Positions 29,101 to 41,263 of a DNA stretch of 64,000 nt are shown here, piece by piece; the stretch's first letter is position 1, and each line of letters opens with the position of its first letter. Origin of the DNA: Lepidodermella squamata (taxonomy: Eukaryota; Animalia; Gastrotricha); contig JBLDXI010000004.1 of the NCBI GenBank assembly GCA_047495785.1, positions 1,674,001 to 1,738,000 on the forward strand, in the 5' to 3' direction. The notes under the pieces are model-generated. The model had not been told where the DNA came from and made no database searches. It worked only from the letters and a program-made list of their open reading frames with translations. The translations under genes were made by a program, and so were the position numbers.

Positions 29101-30764
29101 AGCCCGGTTGAGTAGACGCCGTTGTTGCCATTGCCGCTGAGATCGTCAGCTCGACGCAGGATGTCAAGAGGCCAATAGCCATCTGGCACGAGGGTGAATT
29201 TCGGGTCGAGTTGCGGGGTCGTAATTTCCACAGACGTGATAGTTTTCGTCTCGCCCAAATCGATCGTAACGTAAGATCGCTGGAAAGGTTCCCCATTACC
29301 TGTTCGCAGCTTCGTGCAGTTTGTGAAACTTCTCTCTCGGATAACACGGTCGCCAGTCAAAACTGAGGCATCTGGGAGCCCAAGCAATGCATCGGTCGCT
29401 AGGGAATACGCTTTGGCGATGGAAGCATTGAAAGCAATATTCGGTGTATACCTCGGGATAGTTCTACAGCCAAGCAGCTCGATTTTGTAACAAGGCCTCG
29501 CGCCAGAGAATGAAATCGGCTCAATCCTGAAGTATTGCGCAACAATCGGCCTCGGGAATACAACTGTTACGATGGTCAACGCGTCAACGTTACCCGTTAA
29601 AGCAGCTTGGCCATTATTTTCCTGCAACTCAGCCCAGTTATTACTCGACCCAGCCTTGTAGCTCAAGGTGAACACTTTGACCCAAGAATTAAGCATGGCG
29701 CAGCCCTGAATTTGAACAGCAGTTACCACGGTCTGTTTTCTCAGGTCGATTATCAAAGGCATGCTGTTAGCATGCACAGCCAGGCCCCAGTTCAGCCGCG
29801 AGTAATACGGCTTTGCTACTGCAACAGTTTCGGTCGAAAGTTGGGAATCTTCAATTTCATTAGCTTCCATGCCCAGCGGCTCGAAGCACTGAGCTGGAGA
29901 GCCCTTAACTGCTACTTTCGCTTTGCTTGCAACACCCGTTCTATTTTCGAATGTGTTTGTAAATCTGACATGCTTTGTGAGAACCGGTCGGAAAGGCGTG
30001 AATATCGTAGTCTTGCCTTCGATAGCATCCCATAGCCTGTTCTGTCCATGGCCGTTATCAATCGCTTGGAAGGCTAATCCATCAAAACTCCACTCCAATT
30101 TCAGCTTAAATAAACAATTTGCGCAGTAAAGCTGGAATTCCGTCATCCAAACAAAGCGTTGGAGATCGATTTTAAACCAAGAACCAACGGGAGGAATGGT
30201 GGCGAACCCGAAATAATGCGGATGATTTTCGTAGAGATGGCCGAGCGGCGCCTTCTCGTCGCCCATGACAGAGCTCGAAGAGTAACCAAAGTCAGTTACG
30301 TAAGAATTATCAAAGTCAACGATTTCACCGCCTGAAACTTGCTGCAGCAAACTAAGCGATGTCCAAGCTGACTTGAGTATTGCATCCCATGTCGCAGTTA
30401 CAGCACAAGATCTCGTCGAACACTGGCGCGATTTCTTCATGAGACCCTGCGATGCCACTGAGAACGATGTTGCGCCTGCATTTGCTAGGACCTGAGCTAT
30501 CGTCGAGCCAGGCAAGTCGAAGCTCCATAGGTAGCACGTTTGGTTAGTCGCCGTGAATTGGCCAGATCTGCAGAGATCGTTCGAATTACACGAGGCCATG
30601 CAGGTTACGGCGGATGGAACGGAGCTTAAATTTCCGACGAGGTGGATCGAGAGGTTGTAGCCAGGTGTAACTGGGCCGATAGCCATTCCCGAATATATGT
30701 TGTAGTGATAACCTCCAGCAGCAACGTTGTGGCATAGCGCTGCCGTTATTACAAGCAAAATCAT
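23183..30764 (-). CDS. PAN + F5/8C + LamG + F-type-lectin-fold protein, copy 2 (inverted duplicate)
   Basis: Same exon order and intron positions as 13667-19691 with highly similar translation; ATG at 30764; introns 1 and 4 enlarged by insertions. Confidence 0.88.
25086..26126. mobile_element. Asymmetric hairpin-ended element (Crypton-like, unclassified) in an intron
   Basis: 15-bp perfect IR TTGTTATCCGGATCA (25117-25131) / TGATCCGGATAACAA (25964-25978), followed by a long imperfect palindrome 25981-26117 centred on TTCGGCTGCGCCTCA; absent from the paralogous intron. Confidence 0.5.
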
Positions 30765-32136
30765 GTTTATGGATTTGATATTATTTTGGTGATAATCAGT
30801 GAACAAGCCCGACTTAACATTGATTTCTTTCACATTTTCTTATGCGTGAAGTTATTTTTCTGAACTCAGTTGTAGGTATTAATTTGCTTCAGCTTTCTCG
30901 TTGCTTCACAGCAACGAATCTTTGTGGACATCTGAAAATCTGCGGCGCACGGATGAATAATTTAGTGGCCACGAAGCTCGCCCACGCCTTTCCGGTGTGA
31001 GAATTCGGCCTTACGCGTTTGCTCGCAGCCATGGTACATTTTTTATGCAAAAACTCACAGCGCTGATCAAATTCCGTCTTCTCAGCTTGAAGAAAGGCGA
31101 AGTTTGCCAGAGATAACAGTGGAAAGCATTCGGATGATTCAAATTTTAGGATGATCTTCCACATAACGGAATTAGAGCTTAAACGCGCTTTCGTTCATTA
31201 CCTCGAGGAAGCCCATATGTATTATGTTCAGGGGCCTGTGGTTAGCTTCACCTGGCAACATTTTCAGCGACGTGGATTACGTTGATTATTAATTCGAACA
31301 TGTTTCTCAACCCGCTTCCTGTCGTTCGAAACTATTTCTAGCGAATGTATAATTGCGAAAAAAACGTATATTCGATCGATGACCGACGTACGATTCTGTT
31401 TTGACATAGACCCGCCCTTTTCACAACGGGAAAATATCGCACAGGCAGACTAAGCCGCAGGAGTCGTCTGTATTGAAGCTTCTTCAAATAATGAAGTTGA
31501 ACTGTTAAGTATCCCTCGGTATACAAGTATGCAGCTCTGTTCTCATAATAGCGCTGCCATTCACAAGGTCAGTCAGAGCGCGAAGTACGGGGGAATGAAG
31601 GGTATCGCATCCCCCAGTTCGGCAGGCCAGATTGGATAGTGGAAAACCCCCCAAAAAACCACAAGGGGGCCCCCTGGTCACAAAATTTGGGACCGGAAAT
31701 ACCCCCTAGTTCAAAGATCCTATGTACTCGCGAACTGAGCATTTGGAAAGTTTAACATTCGAACGCTGGAGTGAGGGACAGAAGCACAAATTTTAGGGAA
31801 ACCTCGACTTTGAGTATTTTCAACCTCAGAAAATATTTACATGACCTTCGATTCATAGAGCGAAGTAGGACCGCAGAACTGGTAGAGATTACAGAAATCG
31901 ACATAAGAGTCCCCCTTCTGGTCTTAGGATGAGTTCACCGTACATACCGATGGACAGGTAGGGATGATCCCTACCATCCCTAGCGGTACTTCGCTCTCTT
32001 CAATTCAGTGTGCTTCAATTCAATGTTATACGAATTTGTTGAAATCATTGGTAATTCGAATTGGCAGTTGGCAGGTCGAAGAGCTAAAATCATTCAGCAA
32101 ATACAAAACTGATAATGCTTTATTTTGTTTCAGCGA

Positions 32137-32435
32137 TCATTCGCAGGGTATAATGAATTCTGGCGGCAGATTGTCGGCGATATACTTCTCAAAATCAGCC
32201 AAAAGCTGTGGGTCTTAGAAGCGATTGCGCCAGCATCTTTAGCGAAAACCCCGGTCTGCTTCGCTCCAGCTCAGTTGTTAACTTCGTTGTTTCGCGTTTT
32301 CGTCAAGCTTGTAAGCTCGCGAATTCTTTCAACAGTTGCATCGTCCAACTCCTTGCCAAGATAGGTAGCAACCTGCCGAATAGCACCAGCTGGGTCCTTT
32401 TTCACATCTTCATATCGAAGGATCAAAATGTCCCT
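32137..32435 (-). pseudogene. Sulfotransferase 3' fragment (copy 3)
   Basis: Matches only the C-terminal third (DILILRYEDVKKDP...). A 31-bp deletion between CAG microhomologies removes the RKGxxGD motif and shifts the frame. Confidence 0.88.
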
Positions 32436-32724
32436 GTTCACATCAAGAATGACGATTTGTTGATGATAATTTTGCCTTTTTCCAAGTTCCGATTCGGCGA
32501 ATCATTTCCTGAACCTGTGATAGGGTTTTGTTTGTTTTTTTCGTGGCAAAAACAATTAAGAATCTGCATTGGTTATTACTGCCGAAACAAAATGATCGAT
32601 GTTGAATCAACAGGAACCTGCTGAGCAGTTTCCGTTCGTGGTGCCTGGTTGATTTCGATATTACATCGCAATAAAAAATGCAGCCATTTATGGAATTCAC
32701 TCTACGAGTTTTCTGGAAACAAAA

Positions 32725-35666
32725 ATGTTACGATTGGCGATTGCAGCTGCTGTTTTGTCGAGTGGCTTCGCCGCTTTCATGAAGACCGTGCCAACAGCCT
32801 TCTGGCCGCTGCGTGACTATCAAGGGCTGTACGACTACAGCGGCAATGGTATCCATGGCGTGAACCCGAGATCTCCCATCTACGACTCAAAGGTTCCGAT
32901 GCCAGACGGGAAAGCCTCGCCGTTGCAACTCGGACCAGATGCTAACAATTACGTCAAATTCACCGACCAGCAACGGCTGAATTTGGGCGCTAAGAACGCT
33001 TGGACCTGCGCGCTGTTCTTCAAAGCCAACACGCCCGCTGCTATGACCATTTTTGAGTACAGTTCTAACCAACCAGAGACCCGTGGATTAGTTTTAGGGG
33101 TTAATTACAAGGACGGTGTTGCCACACGCGACTACCTCTTCGCCCAGATTGACGCTAGCACTCCCAGTTTCGGCGCGTGGTGCACAGTTATTAACTGGCG
33201 ATTCGTTGCCATCTCATTTAACGGCTCCCATTACAACTTGTTTTGCGATACAAAACTTGCGAGCAGCCAGCCGTACAGTAACATTGGAGCTGATACAGCA
33301 ACTGGCGAACTGTTCCTAGGCAGCAGGCAGGGTTATGACACCACTGCCGCGGCGTATGCATTTTGGTTCTCGATCTGGCCGTACGCGCTCAGCGTCGACG
33401 ATTTGCTGTTGTTGAAGCAGCGTGGTACTGAGGCCGTTTTCTTCGATTTGCCGAAAATTCCTGGAAAATCGACGCTATTCAATCCGGATGTTTTCTACCT
33501 CGACGTCATTGGCTTACGTGAGTTATCTTTGTCCGATTGCATTTCATGCCATCCCTCGCGTGAATTATTCAGGAAAACCGCTTTGGAAAGTGAGCTGCGA
33601 CGCAAACGTGAATTCGGGCGGGGCGATATCGGCTTTCCCTATAGCGGAGGAAGGCAAATTGGCTGTACTCTACAGCTCAAAATTGCCGACGAGTCAGAAG
33701 AGGGACGGCGCCTATTTCGAGATTCAAATCAAGACTAATCCCACGCGAACTACTGGCGATGATGGCTACGCAATCTATATCGTGAAAGCCTCCAGTTTGG
33801 CAATAAAGCCAGGTAAAAATGCCGAATAAAATGAAATATCTTTCTACTCTTAATGCAGGTGATTGCCAGGTTTTCAGCAATTACGGACTCCGAAACGAGA
33901 GTGGCGTACTTCAAGCTGGCTTTCGGATCCGCCACTTCAAGGCTCTGATCCACGTCAACCTATTTAATAGCACAACTGACAGTCGAATGTGGCAGGATTT
34001 CAATAAGTTCGGTCTGCAAGCAATTAGTTCAAATTCGTTGTATGGCATCATCGGCATGAACTGTGTGGGTCCAACTCGACCCGCTAATTTGACCTACACC
34101 ATAAGTCTGATCGATGATAACATTATTGTTTCTCTTATCGAAAATCGTGACAACAAAAACAAGCAAACTTGCGCGTCGATCCGCAACCCTGCACTCTATA
34201 ATTACCTGAAAAGTGGGGAATACACAATTGCGGTTGCGGTTGGGAATTTGGTGTTGGATGCTGCAAGTAGAGCCGAAGTTATCAGCATCACCCATTCGAT
34301 AATCGCAAGTGATACAACTTCCTCGACTTCTACAACATCAGCTTCGACTCTTTCGACTAAAGTAGATACCACTGGTACGACTGCATTATCCACACAGGCA
34401 ACGAGTACTTTTACGAGTCAAACCAAAACAACATCTGATACCAGGATGCCCGAAACCTCGACAGTGACAGTGACGAGTATTCCTACTGGCGAAATGTCTA
34501 CAGTCGATGGTACATCCAGTTCAAGCCGAACTTCTTTTGTTAGTCCAATTGATGAAATTGATATGGAAGCCATCTATCTAGCCTTTGAAGCTAGGTTTGA
34601 GAACCTAACTTTCCCAATCCCGCCTACACCCAAACCAAGCTCAAATCTAACAACTGATGAGCTCATCTGGTGGTGTCCTGATCTATCTCCAATCAATCGT
34701 AGCCCATCACCAGTGCATCTACCTCTAAGACTTACTTTCACGTTGGATCGTCTTGCGAAGATCGATGAGGTTGGCAAGAAATTCTCAGCAACTGGCCAAT
34801 TGTACACGCGATGGATGGTCGTGCGATGCCGCTTCAACGAGTCCTACACGTTTGATCGTCTGAAAATTCTCGATCTCACTTCGATCTGGCACCCTGAGAT
34901 AGAGTTCAAAAACGCTGCGAGTGATTTCGGAATGACATCAGATTCCATTGGCAACTACATGGAGTTGTATTTGAATCGAACCGAAGAGAATGCAACATTG
35001 TGGCCGCTCTACTTCTACTGGAAACAGTTCGGCCTGTTCGAGGCCAGCTGCGATTTCAATCTCGAGCGATTTCCGTTTGATACCCAGAAGTGCGAAATCA
35101 TCTTCAGAGTTCAACAGCCTTTAAATTTAGTCACTATTACCAAGGCGAATCTTTCGAGGATAGCGATGGATAGCGAGTCGATCAGTACCTTAGAAGAATG
35201 GCGAGTCCATCCGATCGGCTACAACATCGAAATGGTCCGAAATGGTGATTTGGCATCCAGCCAAGTCGTGTTTTCGCTCGAACTACGCCGCAAGCCAGAC
35301 TACTTCATGTTCAACCTGCTCGGGCCGTGCTTCGTGTTGACTCTTCTCGCGTTCAGTACGATCCTCCTGCCGCCGAGCAACAGCGACCGTGTTTGCTTCA
35401 ACGTGTACCTGCTGCTTGCTTACACAGCATCGATCGGACCGTTGGCGGCGAAGATTCCGCGATCCAATCAACGCGTGCTTATCTCGGATCTCATCATGTC
35501 ACTGGAGGCCGTTAGCCTGCTGCTAACAACTGAGAGTTTGGTTGTATTCTGGCTTAGCCAACGCAAATCGAAGGCGCATTTGTGTCGAAGAATTGACGTG
35601 GTTTGCTACGGCATCCTGTTGCTAGCTGTGTCTGGTATCGTTGTCTACTGCGCAAAACAAGCCTAG
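32725..35666 (+). CDS. LamG/pentraxin + L-type-lectin-like + Ser/Thr stalk + Cys-loop ligand-gated ion channel fusion, copy 1 (946 aa)
   Basis: Exons 32725-33517, 33573-33812 and 33859-35666 join in frame (2841 nt). Signal peptide; FWPL...WRFVAISFNG LamG; GDDGYAIYIV lectin-like motif; IWHPEIEFKN; Cys-loop CDFNLERFPFDTQKC; LRRKP followed by four TM helices. Confidence 0.88.
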
Positions 35667-36626
35667 TTCACTGTACGTATTATGCGTTTATGGCGTAGTA
35701 ACTGTAAATATTTGTAAATGATAAAAATCGAAGTTGTTCAGTTATTCAATTGCTGTAATAAATAAGTTGTGGACTTTTAGTTCAACTCCGAACCAAATTT
35801 GGGTTGCTTTCAGCTTTAAGAATTTCTTACTTAAACTGAATGTATAGATTGAAACCACAACAATATAAGCAGCTTCGAAGTCAGCTAGAACAAAACTAGT
35901 TAGCTGATTTTAAGCTGGGCGCCACAATGGAGTCGTCAACCCACGTGCGAAAACTAGGTCAGAGGGACTCAGGGGGGCATTAACTTATATCCATTAACTT
36001 ATTAGCTAATTAGCATTTCTTTCAGTGGCACAATGGGTAATAGGTCGTTCGTCATAGTGATTACCAATATATATGTATGAGATTTCGAGGCGAAATGAAG
36101 ACTGATTGGCCTGCGTGCCCATTTTTGTCGCTTACCTATTATGGAGCGGCCTGTTATGTTCTAATAGGAGTTCTACGCAACTAACAAGTTGATCTGAACA
36201 CAGGCTCGCATTTTCTGAAGGAGACGCTGTTCGGATTCCACACGTAACTTTGTGTCCAAAACATTTGAAAGAAATTGATGCCTTGATGCAGTTTCGAAGA
36301 TGAACCTTTACACTTTACAGGATCGACGATGTTGTTTTCAAAGTTGAATAATTTGAATACATTGAAGTTGCGATAGAGGATTCATTTCAGCTATAAATTC
36401 AATCGGTTTGATCCATGACAATAAGGCAATAGTTTTAATAATTGGTTTTAATTTCGAATTCCGGCCTATCAGAGTTTTGCTTGGGGCCTGGGAGGTGTTA
36501 TTGCATTGGCAAACAATACAGCGCCGCCTGCAAAGCAAACAAAACTTCGAAACGGTCGCTCAGAATTGAAGTTTTTCCCGGATCAACATTGTCAATAACA
36601 CGGTCGATTTTTGACTTCAGCTAGAA

Positions 36627-39600
36627 ATGATAAGATTGGCCTTGGCTGCCTCTTTCGCAACAACTTGCCTCGCGGCTATGATGAAGAGCGCGCCGATAGC
36701 TTTCTGGCCGTTGCGCCGTTCGCAAAAAATTGACGACTACAGTGGCAATGACATCGACGGTGTGAACAGCAGCGCCCTTGTATTCAACGATGGAACAGGC
36801 CCAAACGATTGGACAATCCCAATTCAACTCGGGCAGGATGCAGCTGACTACATACACTTCACCGATGCGAAGCTTGACATAAGCCTGAAAAACGCATGGA
36901 CCTATGCGCTCTACTTTAAAATCGACACATCTAATGCAGTGCCCATTTTCGAGTATAGATCAAGCACATCTTCTGACAGCATCGGCTTTCATTTTTGGGC
37001 TAACTACGCCGAAGGCACAAGTGGGGCGGGCCACTTATACGCTAGGGTTCGTCAGGGCGATTCCGGTATACAGGCGCCGTGCGAGTTCGCTAAGGGATGG
37101 CGATTCGTCGCCGTTTCATTCGACGGCTCCAGTCTCAGGTTGTTTTGCGATGACAATTATGTGAATAGCATGAATTACAATGGCCAAGCGGATACAACAA
37201 CACGCGAGATGTTACTTGGTAAAAGGCTAGGCCAGGGCACTGAAACTACAACTTACGCGTTTTGGTTTTCAATATGGCCGTACGCGCTCAGCGCTGACGA
37301 ATTGCTGGTGTTGAAGCGACGCGGGGCTGATCCTACTTTCCGCGACCAACATACCGGGGATTTCTCTTCAAAACTGTACTACGTTGACGTCATAGGCTTA
37401 CGTGAGTTTTAGAAATTATCGCCAATCTTCAAGCTTTAATGTAGCTGGATTAATGCTTTCAAATCATCGACCCATAATTTCTTCATAAGTGCCCAAACAT
37501 TTTTGCAACATCATAAATTGATGCCATTCGCTCATTTATTTAGCGAATCTCTCTTGAACATGATTTTAAAAGCTGTAATCGCTCTAAGTTTATGTAGTTA
37601 AAAGGAAGAGATTTATGAGCTTTAGCATTGGAAAATAGGTGAATAAGCTGAGAGACATCATTTTTGCCGCTGGGAAATGTTCGAATATGCAAGAAACTCT
37701 ACGTGCTTTTCATCAAAATATAGGCAAGGCAGCAATTTTTCGCTATTTACGCTTTCGGGATGATTGAATCGTGGCTTGTAATGGGGAGCCATGGGAAAAA
37801 AATGACAAGAGTAAGCACTAATATTTCAGAATCATCCTTTTTATTCAATGTTAACTTTCTCAAAACGGATACCTCAAAACGAATTTTGCATGCATATATA
37901 GTTCCCGAGCTGCTCTTTCGCGTGATTCATATAAGATTTGAGGTGGGCAACCCAACCGTTGTTACACGATACAAAAACCTCGCTTTCACTGTGGTTTCAT
38001 TTATTTTGATGAGATCAAGACTGAGCAGCAATTGCCCACCTCAAATCTTATACCACGCGAAAGAGCAGCTCGCGATCTATATGCATGCAAATTTGGTGAA
38101 CAACGGAGGTATCCGTTTTGAGAAGTATTCGATTTAATAATGCAGATCAAAATGTTAGCTTGAGTGCTTACTCAGGTATTTCTTTCTATGGGTTTTTCCT
38201 AATGTAAACTACGAGTTTCTCGCATAAGAAAGCGGAAGAGCAAAATCGCCGGGTTTGGGCTGCTGAACTAACGGTTACTTGGTAGGGCGTTGGTCGTTTT
38301 GAAAGCTACGTCACCACATAAACTTAGCGATTAGAGCTTTCAAAATCATGGAGAGATTCGCCAAAATGGCAGCAATTAATAATTTTATAAAATCATTTGA
38401 CACGCTGTATAGAAGAAGTGGTCATTCATATAGCAAAATGAAATTTTCCAGCCTCCGTTAATGGTCTCCACTGAAAGAATCGGGCTAGTAAGGGAGCGTA
38501 AATTAATGGGCTTCTTTTCTGAAATTTGAAATTTAGAATCGACACTTCCTTTACGATCAGGGAGAAAATTAGCGTGGAATAACCGCTTGAAGTCACCTAT
38601 TGTTAACATGGGCTATGTACATTTGATTTTGTTCCTAGGTGGGCAGCGGTGGAAAACGAGCTGTGATGTTTCAACAGCAGATGGAGTGATATCAGCCTTC
38701 CCTAGCCCGGGTGAGAACAAAATTGCTGTACTGTACAACAAAGGCGTCACGACTAAGGCTGATGGAGCGCATTTCGAAATCAGAATCAATACTACGGCGT
38801 CGCAATCTGGTGGAAATGACGGTTATGCAATTTACATCGTGAAAACATCCAGTGTAGCTAATCAGACAGGTAGGATACCCCGCAAGTCTTCGCCCTATGT
38901 TTGATCTCGTTTTTATAGGTGATTGTCAGATCTACAAAAATTACGGCTTGCGAAACGAGAGTGGCGCACTGCAAGCCGGATTTCGAATTCGCCACTACAG
39001 GTCTCTGATCCACGTCAACCTGTTCGACAGTACAACAGACAACGAAATGTGGCAGGATGAAAATAAATTCGGCCTGCACGCCATTAGTAACGCGTCTTTT
39101 TATGGCAAAATCGGCAACGGCTGCGTCGTTACAACTCAGCCTGCTGATTTAACCTACGTGATACGTTTGGCTGATGGTAGCATTGTTGTTGACCTCATCC
39201 AAGATGGTCGAAAGAACACGAGCCAAAATTGTGCGTCAGTTGCCGCTAACCCAACACTGATGGACTACTTGAACAGTGGCAATTACACGATAGCTGTGGC
39301 AGTTGGAAATTCTGCCCGGGAATACGCGAGCGCAGCCGAAGTGATCAGCATTTCTCACATGAAACTAATTGCTAAAACCTCGACGACGACCCTAACATCA
39401 ACAGTCGTTTCTTCGACGAGTTCAACCAAAAGCGCAACCAGTGATTCGTCTACAACTTCCACACCCACCTCTTCAGTCTCCTCGAGTTTTACGGCTTCTC
39501 CCGCTGTTTCAAGCTATCCCGACTCTGTCCCAAGTCTAAACCCCACTATTTTTTCTACTGCTACTACTTCAACCGAAACGCCTAGCGGTGATACGCCTCC

Positions 39601-40855
39601 GATATCCACGGCCACTGCGATGGGTCAAACTGAAACGACTAATGCCAATATGCCTGAAACAGCCACCCGGAGTTATGCGTCGTCCACAAAAACAACTGCG
39701 ACCGATACATCACCGATAACGCTTAGTACCTCTGCTACTCCAGATGATCACACGAAAGAGGAAGCCCTGTTTCAAGCTTACGAAGCTGTGGCTGAGGAAC
39801 AATCTTTCCCAATGCTACCAAAACCAAAGCCAAGCTCAAATCTAACAACCGATGAGCTTATTTGGTGGTGTTCTGATCTATCCCCGATCAATCGAAGCCC
39901 ATCGCCTGTAAATTTGCCCCTGAGACTTACTTTCACATTGGATCGACTCGCGAAGGTCAAAGAGGTTCGAAAAACATTTTCGGTCACAGGCCAGTTGTAC
40001 ACACGATGGATGGTTGTGAGATGTCGTTTCAATGACTCTTTCATCCTCGATCGTGTAAAAATTCAGGACCTGAGCTCGATCTGGCACCCTGAGATCGAAT
40101 TCAGAAACGCCGCGAGTGACACTGGGATGACATCTGACTCGATTGGCAACTACATGGAACTATATATTAATAGAACTGTAGAGAATGCTACGCTGTGGCC
40201 ACTTTACTTCTACTGGAAACAGTTCGGCCTGTTCGAGGCCAGCTGCGATTTTAACCTCGAGAAATTCCCGTTTGACACCCAAAAGTGCGAGATCATCTTC
40301 AGAATTCAACAGCCTTTGAATTTGGTAACTATTACCAAGGCGAACCTATCAATGATGGATAGCGAATCGCTAAGTACCCTAGAAGAATGGCGAGTCTATC
40401 CGATTGGCTACAGCATCGAAATGGTCCGAAACGGTGATTTGGCATCGAGCCAAGTCGTGTTTTCGCTCGAACTGCGCCGCAAACCAGACTATTTCATGTT
40501 CAATCTGCTCGGTCCGTGCTTCGTGTTGACTCTTCTCGCGTTCAGTACGGTTCTGCTGCCGCCGAGCAACAGCGACCGTGTTTGCTTCAACGTGTACCTG
40601 CTCCTTGCTTACACAGCATCGATCGGGCCGTTGGCGGCGAAGATCCCGCGATCCAATCAACGCGTGCTCATCTCGGATCTCATCATGGCGCTGGAGGCTG
40701 TCAGCCTGCTGCTGACGACTGAAAGCCTGCTCGTGTTCTGGCTCAGCCAGCGCAAATCGAAGGCGCATTTGTGTCGAAAGATCGACATCAGTTGCTACGG
40801 CATCCTGTTGCTAGCTGTGGCTGGTTTTGTATTCTACTGCCTTAAAAGGGCTTAG
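36627..40855 (+). CDS. LamG/pentraxin + L-type-lectin-like + Ser/Thr stalk + Cys-loop channel fusion, copy 2 (980 aa)
   Basis: Exons 36627-37401, 38639-38869 and 38919-40855 join in frame (2943 nt); same intron positions as copy 1; Cys-loop CDFNLEKFPFDTQKC. Confidence 0.88.
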
Positions 40856-41263
40856 ATACATTGAAACCTATCATTCTTAAGTTTCTTAAGTAAGGAAATA
40901 TTATATAAATTGATGAATATTGTAGGTCGTGTCTAATGTATGTGGTACTTGTTTTCAAGTTTGCAGAAAAATACCTTGAAAGCGTTGTAAGTATTTCTGT
41001 TTGACTGGTTTTTTTTAGCTCTTAGCTTATCATTCTTGAAGCTGTTCATTCTCTATGGGATCTCAAATGCTCTCCAGCTTTTCCAAATGTAGTCAATAAT
41101 TTACTTTTTACTTTTCAACGGCTTGACAACGATGACTTGGAACATCAGGGAATAAAATAAAAAAAAAGTTCTCAAACAAAATAACTGATCACAACAAATC
41201 ACGCGAGTCCACGTCGAAAATCCCCTAAATTGATCATTGCTATACTATTATGTGATCTAATTA

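Larger units (their letters stand above)
12540..32435. repeat. Inverted segmental duplication (about 12540-19695 vs about 23180-32435)
   Basis: Sulfotransferase 3' end, its 3' flank, the upstream non-coding block and the whole discoidin/LamG gene recur as reverse complement. Confidence 0.88.

Noticed and set aside
33518-33738. 337-aa standalone LamG ORF ending at 33738
   Set aside because: The tail is intron read-through plus an off-frame exon; the same GTGAGT donor is used in the paralog.
32725-40855. Bacterial contamination or recent horizontal transfer of the channel genes
   Set aside because: Spliceosomal introns at shared positions, a true disulfide Cys-loop and animal neighbours; an older origin of the lectin domains cannot be judged without phylogeny.
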